In this document: positions 35,523-45,187 of the stretch, piece after piece | Position numbering within the stretch: the stretch's first letter is position 1 | Layout of the letters: every line of letters begins with the position of its first letter | Assembly: GCA_964510655.1 (NCBI GenBank) | Contig: CAZEAY010000001.1 | Coordinates: 164,944 to 228,943, forward strand | DNA length: 64,000 nt | Direction: 5' to 3' | DNA from: an uncultured Candidatus Saccharibacteria bacterium | GTDB lineage: Bacteria; Patescibacteriota; Minisyncoccia; Phycocordibacterales; XYD1-FULL-46-19 | Translations under genes and position numbers: made by a program | The notes under the pieces: model-generated | Databases searched by the model: none | What the model was told of the DNA's origin: nothing | Seen by the model: the letters and a program-made list of their open reading frames with translations, nothing else

Positions 35523-35933
35523 ATGGCAACTACTACCGAAAAAAATCGCTATATTGAAGCCGTTGGACGTCGCAAGACCTCTACTGCTCGAGTTCGTTTA
35601 ACCAAGAGTACCAAAGATACTTTTGAAGTGAACGGTAAGACAATGAAAGAATACTTTCCAACCGCTGAAATGCAGTCGACCGTCGTTGAAGCTTTAAAGA
35701 AAACAAACCTAGAGGGAGTATTCGCTATTACTGCTAAGATTGTTGGTGGGGGAATTCACTCTCAAGCCGAAGCTTTACGCTTAGGTATTGCCCGCGCTTT
35801 GCAAACCAACGAACCAGAACTTCGCAAACCATTAAAAGTAGAAGGATTGCTTAGTCGCGACCCACGCGCCAAAGAGCGGCGCAAATTCGGTCTCAAAAAG
35901 GCCCGCAAGAGTCCTCAGTGGAGTAAACGTTAA
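35523..35933 (+). CDS. rpsI: 30S ribosomal protein S9
   Basis: GRRKTS.ARV, GGG...QA.A.R.GIARAL, RDPR.KER.K.GL.KAR..PQWSKR. Confidence 0.98.
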   Translation: MATTTEKNRYIEAVGRRKTSTARVRLTKSTKDTFEVNGKTMKEYFPTAEMQSTVVEALKKTNLEGVFAITAKIVGGGIHSQAEALRLGIARALQTNEPELRKPLKVEGLLSRDPRAKERRKFGLKKARKSPQWSKR

Positions 35934-35967
35934 AAATTAAAACCCCTAAATGGGGTTTTAATTTTTA
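35931..35967 (+). terminator. Terminator of the ribosomal protein operon
   Basis: TAAAAATTAAAACCCC-taaat-GGGGTTTTAATTTTTA. Confidence 0.8.
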
Positions 35968-36029
35968 AGAAAAGTTATATAATTTATTATGATTTTGGGA
36001 ACCTAATATAATTAGTAAAACATCGCCTC

Positions 36030-37598
36030 ATGAATACTCAAACATATAATGAGATTGGTAGAGAAGTAGGAACAGAACTAAATAATTTTTTTGAACAATT
36101 TTGTGTTAAATATCCTGAATACCAAACCATAAAGAATGACTATTTAAGAAAAAAGACTCACTTAAACGGTCTTCAGTTTTATGCCGGTTTTATAAGTGGG
36201 AAAAGTAAAAATTGGGAAAATCACATCGAAGTTCCTATTGCTATAGAAATGGTGATGATTTGGGCTTACAAAACTAATCGCATTTTAGATAAAAAGCAAG
36301 ATGTTTGGGCTAAGGAGGAAAATTTGAAAAATACTGCACTAGAACACGATTTGATGCTCGCTTGTATTTATAGTCTTTTAGAATCATATTCTCAAAAAAA
36401 AATCAGTAAAAATGAAAGGATAAAAGATATAATTGGTCATTGTTTATCTCGCCTAGCTTATGGTTTTTGGATCGAACGAAGCATAAGTGTAAAGTATACA
36501 AAACTTGAAGAAATTCTTATTGACTGGGATCTTAAACATGTCGATAGAAATATAAATTTTAACCTCGTGTACGATTATGCTTCTATTGTGGGTTATGCTA
36601 TTTCAAGCGGCGACTTTTCAATAATTGATAAATATGAAAGAGAATTTGACCCACAGGAACGATTTTCCAATGCGGGACAGATAATCAATGATCTTGGTGA
36701 TTTCGGAAACGACATTGATAAACATGTGAAAGTATATCAGGACCTATTTTCTGACATCCGAAATGGAATTATTACTTTTCCCGTACATACACTTATAGGA
36801 GAAAAATTAGTTTTAAGAGCTTTAAAAATGCCCAACCTTACACGGACAAAATTTTGGCAGTGGAGGATGAGGAGGTTGATTGCAAGTAAGAACGTCAGTG
36901 CGGATGTTCTTCGCATTTCCGAAAAAGCTTATTATGCTCATAAAAATTTTTTTGAAAAGCATATCCCAAATTTGAACCCGCTCCTTTTGAGAACTTACGG
37001 TATGCTTATCAACAACAAATATTTTAACCAAAATATTATTAAAGAAGAAGGCAGTGTACTTAGGAGTCGCGTGGTGCTTTGCAGTAATTTGGGAAAGACA
37101 TTGGGAAATTACGATAAACTAGCAGCTCATAAGGAAGGTAAACTGCATAAAGCTTTTTCCATCCTTGTGTTTAATAAAAAGGGAGAACTTTTGATTCAGA
37201 AAAGGGCTGAGGGCAAATATCATTCGGGTGGTTTATGGGCAAACACTTGCTGTAGTCATTATATGGAATCAGAAAGTGTGGAAGTAACAATTCATAGACG
37301 TCTTGAAGAAGAAATGGGATTTGATTGTGATTTGAAGAAAAGATTCAGTTTTGTTTACAATCTCGATGTTGGAAATGGGATGAGAGAACATGAATTTGAT
37401 ACGGTTTTTGAGGGTGAGTACAACGGAGAAATAAACCCCAACCCCGATGAAGTTAGTGATGTGAAATGGATTTCAATCAAAGAACTGAGAAAGGATATTA
37501 CCACGTATCCAGAAAAATATGCAGAATGGTTTAAAAAAATAATTGAGAGAATGAACGGATCAAAGGCCTACTTTACCAAAAACATGAATCAAAATTAA
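36030..37598 (+). CDS. idi: Fusion of a polyprenyl-synthase-like domain with type 1 isopentenyl-diphosphate isomerase
   Basis: C-terminus K..AH..G.LH.AFS, QKRA..KY..GG.W.NTCCSH, RRL.EE.G, EHE; N-terminus QIINDLGD and DIRNG..T.P. Confidence 0.8.
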   Translation: MNTQTYNEIGREVGTELNNFFEQFCVKYPEYQTIKNDYLRKKTHLNGLQFYAGFISGKSKNWENHIEVPIAIEMVMIWAYKTNRILDKKQDVWAKEENLKNTALEHDLMLACIYSLLESYSQKKISKNERIKDIIGHCLSRLAYGFWIERSISVKYTKLEEILIDWDLKHVDRNINFNLVYDYASIVGYAISSGDFSIIDKYEREFDPQERFSNAGQIINDLGDFGNDIDKHVKVYQDLFSDIRNGIITFPVHTLIGEKLVLRALKMPNLTRTKFWQWRMRRLIASKNVSADVLRISEKAYYAHKNFFEKHIPNLNPLLLRTYGMLINNKYFNQNIIKEEGSVLRSRVVLCSNLGKTLGNYDKLAAHKEGKLHKAFSILVFNKKGELLIQKRAEGKYHSGGLWANTCCSHYMESESVEVTIHRRLEEEMGFDCDLKKRFSFVYNLDVGNGMREHEFDTVFEGEYNGEINPNPDEVSDVKWISIKELRKDITTYPEKYAEWFKKIIERMNGSKAYFTKNMNQN

Positions 37599-37643
37599 AT
37601 AGTTTCTGACATTAAGGGGCTTTGTTCGTTATAGAATAAATCA

Positions 37644-38357
37644 ATGAATGATCTCGCTAAACTTCTGAAGGAAACCAAATCTCTAGCTAATCCAATTCAT
37701 GCCAAAACTCTGTCTTGGTTTTTTAAAACTGGAAAAGGGGACTATGGTGAGGGTGATAAATTTCTAGGCTTGAAAGTTCCTGTTTGCCGAACGGTGGCTA
37801 AAAAATATATTTCTTTAGATTGGACTGATTTAGACAAACTTATCAGATCAAAATATCACGAGGAGCGTTTGATTGCCTTGCTTATTTTGGTGGAAAAATA
37901 TTCTAGAGCTACAGAAACTGAAAAAACTAAAATCTATAAGTTTTATCTAGCTCACACTAAGTGGATTGACAACTGGGATTTAGTTGATCTTTCTGCCCCT
38001 AAAATTGTCGGGGTCTATTTATTTAATCAAGATAAGAGACCTTCCACGCTATTTAAACTGGCAAAGTCGAAAAACCTTTGGGAGAAACGAATTGCTATTG
38101 TAGGAAGCTACTATTTTATTAAACAACATCATTATCAAACAACTCTAGATCTAGCTGAAATTCTTCTTAGGGATAAACACGACCTAATTCACAAAGCCGT
38201 TGGCTGGATGTTGCGCGAGGTCGGCAAAGAATCCATTACCACCCTCACACCATTTCTAAAAAAACATTACCAAAAGATGCCCCGCACCATGTTGCGTTAT
38301 TCTATTGAAAAATTTCCAGAAGAAGTTAGACAGGCTTATCTTGCTGGAACTATTTAA
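37644..38357 (+). CDS. AlkD-like DNA alkylation repair protein
   Basis: FFKTG.G.YGEGD.F.G..VP..R, NWDLVD, LW..R.AI, DLIHKA.GWMLRE.G, MPRT.LRY.IE. Confidence 0.9.
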   Translation: MNDLAKLLKETKSLANPIHAKTLSWFFKTGKGDYGEGDKFLGLKVPVCRTVAKKYISLDWTDLDKLIRSKYHEERLIALLILVEKYSRATETEKTKIYKFYLAHTKWIDNWDLVDLSAPKIVGVYLFNQDKRPSTLFKLAKSKNLWEKRIAIVGSYYFIKQHHYQTTLDLAEILLRDKHDLIHKAVGWMLREVGKESITTLTPFLKKHYQKMPRTMLRYSIEKFPEEVRQAYLAGTI

Positions 38358-38439
38358 CTTTTAAAGACAGTGTGCTAGTCTATATAAAGCTTAAATGTTC
38401 TTAAGCGTGATCTATTCCAACGTGATGATGGAGGTTACT

Positions 38440-38592
38440 ATGGTTACACTGGCAGACGGTACGGCGTGGTACAAGGTCGGAGACAATTGGTTCGAGGTGA
38501 ACCCCACCGAAGAAGCCCTGAGCGGCTTCAAACCTTCCGGCTGGTACGGATCCAGGCCTGGTCATCGTGAGATGAACTACATCACCAATTAA
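38440..38592 (+). CDS. 50-aa hypothetical protein (solo unit J)
   Basis: GGAGG 5 nt before ATG 38440; GC-richer; 14-bp hairpin after stop. Confidence 0.55.
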   Translation: MVTLADGTAWYKVGDNWFEVNPTEEALSGFKPSGWYGSRPGHREMNYITN

Positions 38593-38610
38593 CGCTCCTT
38601 CGGCGAATCG

Positions 38611-38641
38611 TGCCGCCAATCGTCCTAGACGATTGGCGGCA
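38611..38641 (+). terminator. GC-rich hairpin ending unit J
   Basis: TGCCGCCAATCGTC-cta-GACGATTGGCGGCA. Confidence 0.75.
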
Positions 38642-38683
38642 TTCTTGATTCTCAAACCCTAAAAGGGTAAGCTATTAGTATCT

Positions 38684-39232
38684 ATGAATATTACCACCCC
38701 AAAAGATCATCTTTATCAATTAGATATACCAAGAAAAATGAACAAGAAAAACGTCATTATTTTAACTGTGGTAATTGTTGTTTTAATTGTAGTTGGTTAC
38801 TTTTTTGGTAATCAAAAAATTGCTCTGGCTCCCGCTACGAATTTAAAAAATAATTCTAAGGTAGCAACCGATAAGGCTGTCGTTACCACTTCATCATCTA
38901 AGATTACAATAGCAAATCAAATTCCCGGAGAGGTTGTGTTAGTAAGTGAGGTAATGATGAATGAAAATGGTTGGGTAGCCGTACATGACGATGTCGACGG
39001 TAAACCAGGTAACATTTTAGGCGCCTACTTCTTGAACGCTGGTACTTATAAAAATCAAATGGTCCCGCTTTTGCGTGGAGTAACCGATGACCATTCCTAT
39101 CTAGTAGTAATTCACAAAGACGACGGAGACAAAGTTTTTGACTATAAAATAGATACTCCTGTCACTAATACTAAGGGGGAAGTGGAGACCGCCAGCTTCA
39201 ATGTCGTAGCCGAAAGCCCTCGGGGAGAATAG
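38684..39232 (+). CDS. Membrane-anchored exported beta-sandwich protein
   Basis: TM then Q..G..V.V..V....GWV.VH....G.PG..LG, H.DDGD..FD...D.P; start may be 38738. Confidence 0.75.
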   Translation: MNITTPKDHLYQLDIPRKMNKKNVIILTVVIVVLIVVGYFFGNQKIALAPATNLKNNSKVATDKAVVTTSSSKITIANQIPGEVVLVSEVMMNENGWVAVHDDVDGKPGNILGAYFLNAGTYKNQMVPLLRGVTDDHSYLVVIHKDDGDKVFDYKIDTPVTNTKGEVETASFNVVAESPRGE

Positions 39233-39439
39233 TTAAACTTCTAAGTTTTTAAAAAGGTCGGGCATTTTGACCGTTGTTTTTTAAACTGGACACTTGTTGT
39301 TGATTTTTTATTTTTATGTATTATAATTGGATATATAGTTATAAAATAAATTATTGGTTTTGACAACTAGACCAGTCCTTAACTATTTTTTAAAATATCT
39401 TTTGTATTTAATTACCAACCTTTATAACTCAAGCAAAAA

Positions 39440-40027
39440 ATGCCAAAAGATGACTTAAATAATGATCGTGAGTTTGAGGAAATCCCAGAAGAAGTATTTA
39501 TGGACGATGACGATGGAACGGCTTCTTCGGAAAAAATAAAAAAAATAAAAGCTGAATTAAAAGCCTGCCAAAAAGAAAAACAAGAATACCTCACTGGCTG
39601 GCAAAGAGCCAAAGCCGACTACTTGAACCTTAAAAAAGAAGAAGAGAGCCGAAGATCTGACATTCATAAATATGCCAAAGCTGATGTTTTAAATGATTTG
39701 ATTCGCTTAGCCGACAGTTTCGAAATGGCCTTTGCCAACAAAACAGCTTGGGAAAATGTTCCGGAAAATTGGCGAAAAGGGGTGGAGTATATTCATAGTC
39801 AATTGCTAATTGTTTTCCGAGATCACGGATTAGAAGAAATCAATCCATTGGGCGAAATATCCGACCCGGCCCGCGATGAAAGTGTTGGAATTATTGAATC
39901 AGAAAATCCTGAGGACGAAAATAAGGTCATGGAAGTCGTTAAAAAGGGTTACCGTCTAAACGACAAAATAATTAGACCAGCACAAGTTCGAATCGGAGCA
40001 TACCGATTCGAAAAATCGAAATCCTAA
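39440..40027 (+). CDS. grpE: Nucleotide exchange factor GrpE
   Basis: QRAKADY.N.KK, GY.L..K.IRPA.V; precedes dnaK. Confidence 0.93.
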   Translation: MPKDDLNNDREFEEIPEEVFMDDDDGTASSEKIKKIKAELKACQKEKQEYLTGWQRAKADYLNLKKEEESRRSDIHKYAKADVLNDLIRLADSFEMAFANKTAWENVPENWRKGVEYIHSQLLIVFRDHGLEEINPLGEISDPARDESVGIIESENPEDENKVMEVVKKGYRLNDKIIRPAQVRIGAYRFEKSKS

Positions 40028-40148
40028 GCACGAAATTCTAAACAATATCAAAATTATAATGAACAAAATTCAAAACAAAAGTATTTCATTTAAAACATTA
40101 AGATTTTGAGATTTGAATTTGTTTCGGATTTCGATATTCGAATTTAAT
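40010..40148. repeat. AT-rich imperfect inverted element between grpE and dnaK
   Basis: AATCGAAATCCTAAGCACGAAATTCTAAACAA ... TTTGAATTTGTTTCGGATTTCGATATTCGAATTT. Confidence 0.6.
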
Positions 40149-40188
40149 ATTAACAACAAAAATTATTAATTAAATTAACAAAAAACAT

Positions 40189-42105
40189 ATGGCAAAAATT
40201 CTTGGTATTGATTTAGGGACAACAAACTCCGCAATGGCTTATGTAGAAGGTGGTGAGCCAAAAATTGTGGAAAACAGTGAAGGTAATCGCACCACACCAT
40301 CAATTGTGGCCATTTCTAAGGCGGGTGAGCGCTTGGTGGGCCTTTTGGCAAAGCGTCAGGCTATCACCAACCCGCAAAACACCATCTATGGCGTCAAACG
40401 CATGATGGGGCACTCTTTCAACGATCCCAACGTTCAAAAAGATAAAGATTCTGTTCCTTTTGCAATTGAAGCCTCTGAAGACGGCGGGGTAAAAGTAAAA
40501 ATTTCTGATAAATCTTATCGTCCCGAAGAAATCTCGGCGATGATTCTTCAAAAACTGAAGCATGATGCCGAAGCTAAGTTGGGTGAAAAAATAGAAGAAG
40601 CGGTAATTACCGTTCCGGCCTATTTCGACGACTCTCAACGCAAAGCTACTAAAGATGCGGGTGAAATTGCCGGTTTCAAAGTTCGTCGTATTATCAACGA
40701 ACCAACCGCCGCCGCTTTAGCTTACGGTTTCAACAAGAAAAAAGATGAAAAAATTGCCGTCTACGACTTTGGTGGCGGAACCTTTGATATTTCCATTTTG
40801 GAAATCACTGGTGGCTCCGACGGTGAGCAATCGATCGAAGTAAAAGCGACCGATGGTGACTCACACATGGGCGGTGAAGATATCGACCAAGATATTATTC
40901 ACTTTATTGGTGACAAATTCTCTAAAGAAAACGGTATCGATATTCTAAAAGATGAATTAGCTCTACAACGACTAAAAGAAGCCGCCGAAAAAGCTAAACA
41001 CGAATTGTCTACTGTCTTAGAAACCGAAATAAATATTCCTTTTATCACTTCCAACCAAGACGGTCCAAAACACCTCTTGATCAAATTTACCCGCGCTGAA
41101 TTAGAAAACTTAGCTAACAAATATATCGAACGCTCTATCGAAATCAGTAAACGAGCTGTCGATGCTTCTGGATTTAAAATCGGTGATATAAATGAAGTGA
41201 TTTTAGTTGGTGGTCAAACTCGTATGCCAGCTATCCAAGAAGCGGTTAAAAAACTGTTTGGCAAAGAACCAAATCGCTCCATCAACCCCGATGAAGTAGT
41301 TGCTATCGGCGCTGCGATTCAAGGAGGTATTTTCCAAGGAGATGTAAAAGATGTTTTGCTTTTGGATGTCACCCCATTGTCTTTGGGTATCGAAACTTAT
41401 GGCGGTATTGCCACCAAACTGCTGGAAAAAAATACCACCATCCCAACCACTCGCTCTCAAGTCTTTTCCACCGCGGCCGATAACCAGACATCCGTCGAAA
41501 TTCACATCGTCCAGGGTGAACGCGAAATGGCTGCCGACAACAAAACTCTAGGTCGGTTTATTCTAGACGGCATTCCACCTTCACCTCGTGGCTTACCACA
41601 AATTGAAGTCTCTTTTGACTTGGATGCTAATGGAATTCTGTCTGTCAAAGCTAAGGACAAGCAGACAAACAAAGAACAATCGATTCGTATTGAGGCTAAG
41701 ACTAGTCTTTCAAAAGAAGATATCGAGCGAATGAAAAAAGATGCCGAACTTCACGCTGATGAAGATAAAAAGAAAAAAGAAATGGTAGAAATTCGCATTG
41801 GAGCTGATCAAATGATTTATACCGCCGAAAAATCACTCAAAGATGCTGAGGGCAAAATTTCTGACGAATTGAAGAATGCCGTTCAAGCTAAAATTGACGA
41901 AGTGAAAAAAGTGAAAGACGGCGAGGATCAAGAAGCAATTAAAAAGGCTTCCAGTGAACTATCGTCCGAAATGATGAAGATTGGCGAAGAAATGCAGAAA
42001 CAGGCTCAAGCCAACCCAGAGTCCAAACCAGAAGGTGAAGCCAAATCAGATGAAGGTAAAGACAAGCCAGAAGAAGGCACCGTGCACGAGGCAGAAGTGA
42101 AATAG
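40189..42105 (+). CDS. dnaK: Chaperone DnaK
   Basis: [48 protein letters not shown]. Confidence 0.99.
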   Translation: MAKILGIDLGTTNSAMAYVEGGEPKIVENSEGNRTTPSIVAISKAGERLVGLLAKRQAITNPQNTIYGVKRMMGHSFNDPNVQKDKDSVPFAIEASEDGGVKVKISDKSYRPEEISAMILQKLKHDAEAKLGEKIEEAVITVPAYFDDSQRKATKDAGEIAGFKVRRIINEPTAAALAYGFNKKKDEKIAVYDFGGGTFDISILEITGGSDGEQSIEVKATDGDSHMGGEDIDQDIIHFIGDKFSKENGIDILKDELALQRLKEAAEKAKHELSTVLETEINIPFITSNQDGPKHLLIKFTRAELENLANKYIERSIEISKRAVDASGFKIGDINEVILVGGQTRMPAIQEAVKKLFGKEPNRSINPDEVVAIGAAIQGGIFQGDVKDVLLLDVTPLSLGIETYGGIATKLLEKNTTIPTTRSQVFSTAADNQTSVEIHIVQGEREMAADNKTLGRFILDGIPPSPRGLPQIEVSFDLDANGILSVKAKDKQTNKEQSIRIEAKTSLSKEDIERMKKDAELHADEDKKKKEMVEIRIGADQMIYTAEKSLKDAEGKISDELKNAVQAKIDEVKKVKDGEDQEAIKKASSELSSEMMKIGEEMQKQAQANPESKPEGEAKSDEGKDKPEEGTVHEAEVK

Positions 42106-42106
42106 T

Positions 42107-42238
42107 TAAACATACAAATATACGAATTATACTAATCTACGAATGGCTACGAATTCGTCATTCCTTGAGTACGTAAAGTAAAATAAAAAACATTTGTAAT
42201 CATTCGTATTATTCGCATCATTCGCTGATTGGTATATT
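42107..42238. repeat. (T)ACGAAT-repeat inverted element, copy 2
   Basis: 46/48 identity to 34685-34732; ATTCG-rich arm just before dnaJ. Confidence 0.8.
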
Positions 42239-42243
42239 TATTT

Positions 42244-43314
42244 ATGAAAAATTACTACGAAATCCTTGGACTACAGAAAGGTGCTTCCAAAGAGGAGGTT
42301 AAAAAGGCTTTCCATAAATTGGCGCACCAATATCACCCCGACAAAAAAGGGGGAAATGAGGCCAAATTCAAAGAAATCAACGAAGCCTACCAAATCCTCT
42401 CCGACGACCAGAAACGTGCCCAGTATGACAATTTTGGGTCTTACAACGGCTCTGCTGGGGCTGGTGGAGGCTTTAATGCTGGCGGTTTTGACTTTTCCGG
42501 TTTTACCGGTGGCAATGGCCAGGGTTTTGAGTTTGATTTAGGTGATATCTTTGGTGACATTTTTGGTGGTCGAGGAGGTGCTCGCGGTCAAAAACGCGGT
42601 CGGGATATTTCGGTAGATATTCAAATTTCATTTGCCGACGCCATCTTCGGAATTGAACGAAAAATTGCAATTAATAAAATTAGTAGCTGTGACACCTGTA
42701 CTGGTACTGGCGCCGAACCGCATACCTCACTAAAAACTTGTCCAACTTGTAAGGGTGAAGGGGCAATCAGAGAAAACAAACGCACTATGTTTGGAACTTT
42801 TGCTTCCACTCGCGAATGTATTACCTGCCACGGTCAAGGACAAATCCCTGAGAAAAAATGTCACACTTGTGGTGGTGACGGAGTACTTAAGAAAAATGAA
42901 GAAATCAAAGTCACTATTCCAGCCGGAATTGAAAGCGGCCAAATGATCAGACTTTCTGGTCGGGGCGAAGCGATTCCTCATGGCTTACCAGGTGATTTGT
43001 ATGTAAAAATTTATGTCGAAAGAGACGCTGTTTTCCATCGCAACAATCAAAATATTGAGATGGATCTGGAAATCAAACTGACAGAAGGACTATTGGGCGG
43101 TGAGAGGGAGATAAAAACACTAGACGGCAATTTAAAACTGAAAATTCCGGCTGGCATTTCTTCTGGCGAAATTTTACGTGTTCGGGATAAGGGTGTCCCT
43201 AGTCGGGGAGGCAAACGCGGAGATTTAATGATAAAAGTAATTATCAAAACTCCCGCCAAACTTTCCAAACAAGCCAGAAAATTAATCGATGAATTAAAGG
43301 AAGAGGGGTTATAA
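42244..43314 (+). CDS. dnaJ: Chaperone DnaJ
   Basis: J domain with HPD, G/F region, four CxxCxGxG motifs. Confidence 0.98.
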   Translation: MKNYYEILGLQKGASKEEVKKAFHKLAHQYHPDKKGGNEAKFKEINEAYQILSDDQKRAQYDNFGSYNGSAGAGGGFNAGGFDFSGFTGGNGQGFEFDLGDIFGDIFGGRGGARGQKRGRDISVDIQISFADAIFGIERKIAINKISSCDTCTGTGAEPHTSLKTCPTCKGEGAIRENKRTMFGTFASTRECITCHGQGQIPEKKCHTCGGDGVLKKNEEIKVTIPAGIESGQMIRLSGRGEAIPHGLPGDLYVKIYVERDAVFHRNNQNIEMDLEIKLTEGLLGGEREIKTLDGNLKLKIPAGISSGEILRVRDKGVPSRGGKRGDLMIKVIIKTPAKLSKQARKLIDELKEEGL

Positions 43315-43435
43315 AGATTATGATAGGTTAAGATTTATTGACATTTTTTTATTTTAATATATAAAATAAGTAGATAGTTTCTATCTCATCTCGTTGTTTA
43401 TCCAACGACATGATTAAGAGGTTAAAGGTGAAACC

Positions 43436-43687
43436 ATGAAGCAGGAACATGCAAATGGGAAAACCTTCAAGCCTGACGATCGGGGTAGGGGGGTAGACGA
43501 AGATGGATTCGCCGTCTCCTCGGTAACCTTCATCACGAACATCAGAACCTGTGTTTCAGTGAACACGGGCGGAGAGATGATTCGTGTAAGGGGAACCAAC
43601 GACAAAACCCTGAATGAACTGTCATTCACCCGCGAAGAGTGGGCAGCGTTCATTGCTGGTGTCAAACTCGGCGAGTTCGACATTTGA
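43436..43687 (+). CDS. DUF397-like protein (solo unit K)
   Basis: F..SS......CV.V......VR...D.....L.FT..EW.AF..GVK.GEFD; TTGACA promoter at 43338; AAGGTGA before ATG. Confidence 0.8.
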   Translation: MKQEHANGKTFKPDDRGRGVDEDGFAVSSVTFITNIRTCVSVNTGGEMIRVRGTNDKTLNELSFTREEWAAFIAGVKLGEFDI

Positions 43688-43699
43688 ACCACACCCCAA

Positions 43700-43740
43700 A
43701 AACCCCACAGTTTGACTCAAAAGGCTGTGGGGTTTACTTT
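43700..43740 (+). terminator. Terminator of unit K overlapping a predicted promoter for the next gene
   Basis: AAACCCCACAG...CTGTGGGGTTT; TTGACT (43712)-17-TACTTT (43735). Confidence 0.65.
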
Positions 43741-43746
43741 ATATAT

Positions 43747-44508
43747 ATGAAAATTAAAAGTGCCACAAAGAAAGGAAGTTTACTTTATGCAGACTTAAGC
43801 CAACCAACCAAAGGCAATTCACAACTACTCATACCAATGAGTGGCTTTTCTGGTGGTTTGGACTTTGAGTTATTTAAATGTATAAAAGAAAAATTTCCAG
43901 ATGATCATACCGACACTCTAACTATTAATTTTTGTGATGAGGAAAATAAAAAAGATTATCCCCACACCATGAAAACGGAGGATTATTCATTAGGCATCTA
44001 TTCACGAGAATTAAAAAATATCATTGATTTATTTATTAAAAAATATTCAAATATAGTGTTAATTGGCCACAGTTTCGGCGCAATCATTGGTATAAAATTT
44101 TTGACCAAATATCCTAAGTATCAGAAAAAAATAAACCTTGTTATCTGGGACCCCAGTCTCCTCCCTTGGGGAATTAAAACTACTGAAGAGAACTTTGCGT
44201 TTGATAAAAAAAATAAACTATACAAATTTAATTTTGCTGATTTTTATATCAATAAAAAATTTTATAAGGAACTCGCAAAATTTGATTCCGTAAAATACTT
44301 CGGTAAAATTAAGACGCCCACACTAATAGTCGCTGCAGAAAACAGCGCAGATAAAGATTCAAAAAAATATTTATCTCATTCTCTAGATAAAAAAAATTCC
44401 AAGTTAGTCATACTTAAAAACACCGACCATTTCTTTACTGGAAGCAAAACTCGAAAAATCCTCTTAAAAGAAACAGCTGATTTTATAAAAAGTTCGCAAA
44501 CCTATTAA
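43747..44508 (+). CDS. Alpha/beta hydrolase
   Basis: GHSFG nucleophile motif, PTLIV....D, DHFF. Confidence 0.85.
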   Translation: MKIKSATKKGSLLYADLSQPTKGNSQLLIPMSGFSGGLDFELFKCIKEKFPDDHTDTLTINFCDEENKKDYPHTMKTEDYSLGIYSRELKNIIDLFIKKYSNIVLIGHSFGAIIGIKFLTKYPKYQKKINLVIWDPSLLPWGIKTTEENFAFDKKNKLYKFNFADFYINKKFYKELAKFDSVKYFGKIKTPTLIVAAENSADKDSKKYLSHSLDKKNSKLVILKNTDHFFTGSKTRKILLKETADFIKSSQTY

Positions 44509-44625
44509 CAAATTGAAATAAGGGGGGTTATAAAAAATATTAATATTGACAAAATAGTAATACGAAGTTACTATCTGAAATAGACGTTCTTTAGAACGGT
44601 TCATTTTTAAGGAAGGTGAGGGACT

Positions 44626-45135
44626 ATGTTGGAGACTGAGGATCAGATCGCATTACGCGATCGTGTCAGAATTATACGATCTCTCGATTTGGAACCAATC
44701 AAGTATAAGTTGGTTCACTCGGAAGATAAAACCATAACCAGAGAAGAAGCGGATCTTTTGGAGACAAGATACAAGGATTTCCTTGTTCTTTGCCTCAAAT
44801 ATCCCGACACCAAGATCGTCCCAGATCGTGGTGTTGACAATTTCTGGCACACACATATCCTGGACACACGGAAATATGCGGAAGACTGTCAATGTGCTTT
44901 CGGACGCTTTCTCCACCACTTCCCCTATTTCGGAATGATGGGTGATGAAGACGCCGCAAACCTGCAGGACGCTTTCACTGAAACCCGGCGCCTGCTCGCA
45001 GAAGAATTTGGTGGACAATATCTGGACCACCAACAAGAATCCAGATCATCCGACTGTGATGCCCAGCAATGTGATCCGTCTGAGTGTCACAACTTCGCCA
45101 GTGCACGCCCAAGACCAACCTTTGCGGCCGCTTAA
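44626..45135 (+). CDS. Glycine-rich-domain-protein-like (DUF1399/GRDP-like) protein (solo unit L)
   Basis: LDL..I..KL, Y..FL.L...YP...VP...VD.FWH.HILDT.KY..DC...FG.FLHH.P; TTGACA-17-TACTAT at 44546-44574; AAGGAAGGTGA. Confidence 0.78.
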   Translation: MLETEDQIALRDRVRIIRSLDLEPIKYKLVHSEDKTITREEADLLETRYKDFLVLCLKYPDTKIVPDRGVDNFWHTHILDTRKYAEDCQCAFGRFLHHFPYFGMMGDEDAANLQDAFTETRRLLAEEFGGQYLDHQQESRSSDCDAQQCDPSECHNFASARPRPTFAAA

Positions 45136-45148
45136 AGCCGCAACAATC

Positions 45149-45186
45149 AAACCCTGCCAATTTTGAAAGGAACTTTGGCAGGGTTT
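45149..45186. terminator. Hairpin between convergent unit L and the S9 peptidase
   Basis: AAACCCTGCCAA ... TTGGCAGGGTTT. Confidence 0.75.
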
Positions 45187-45187
45187 T

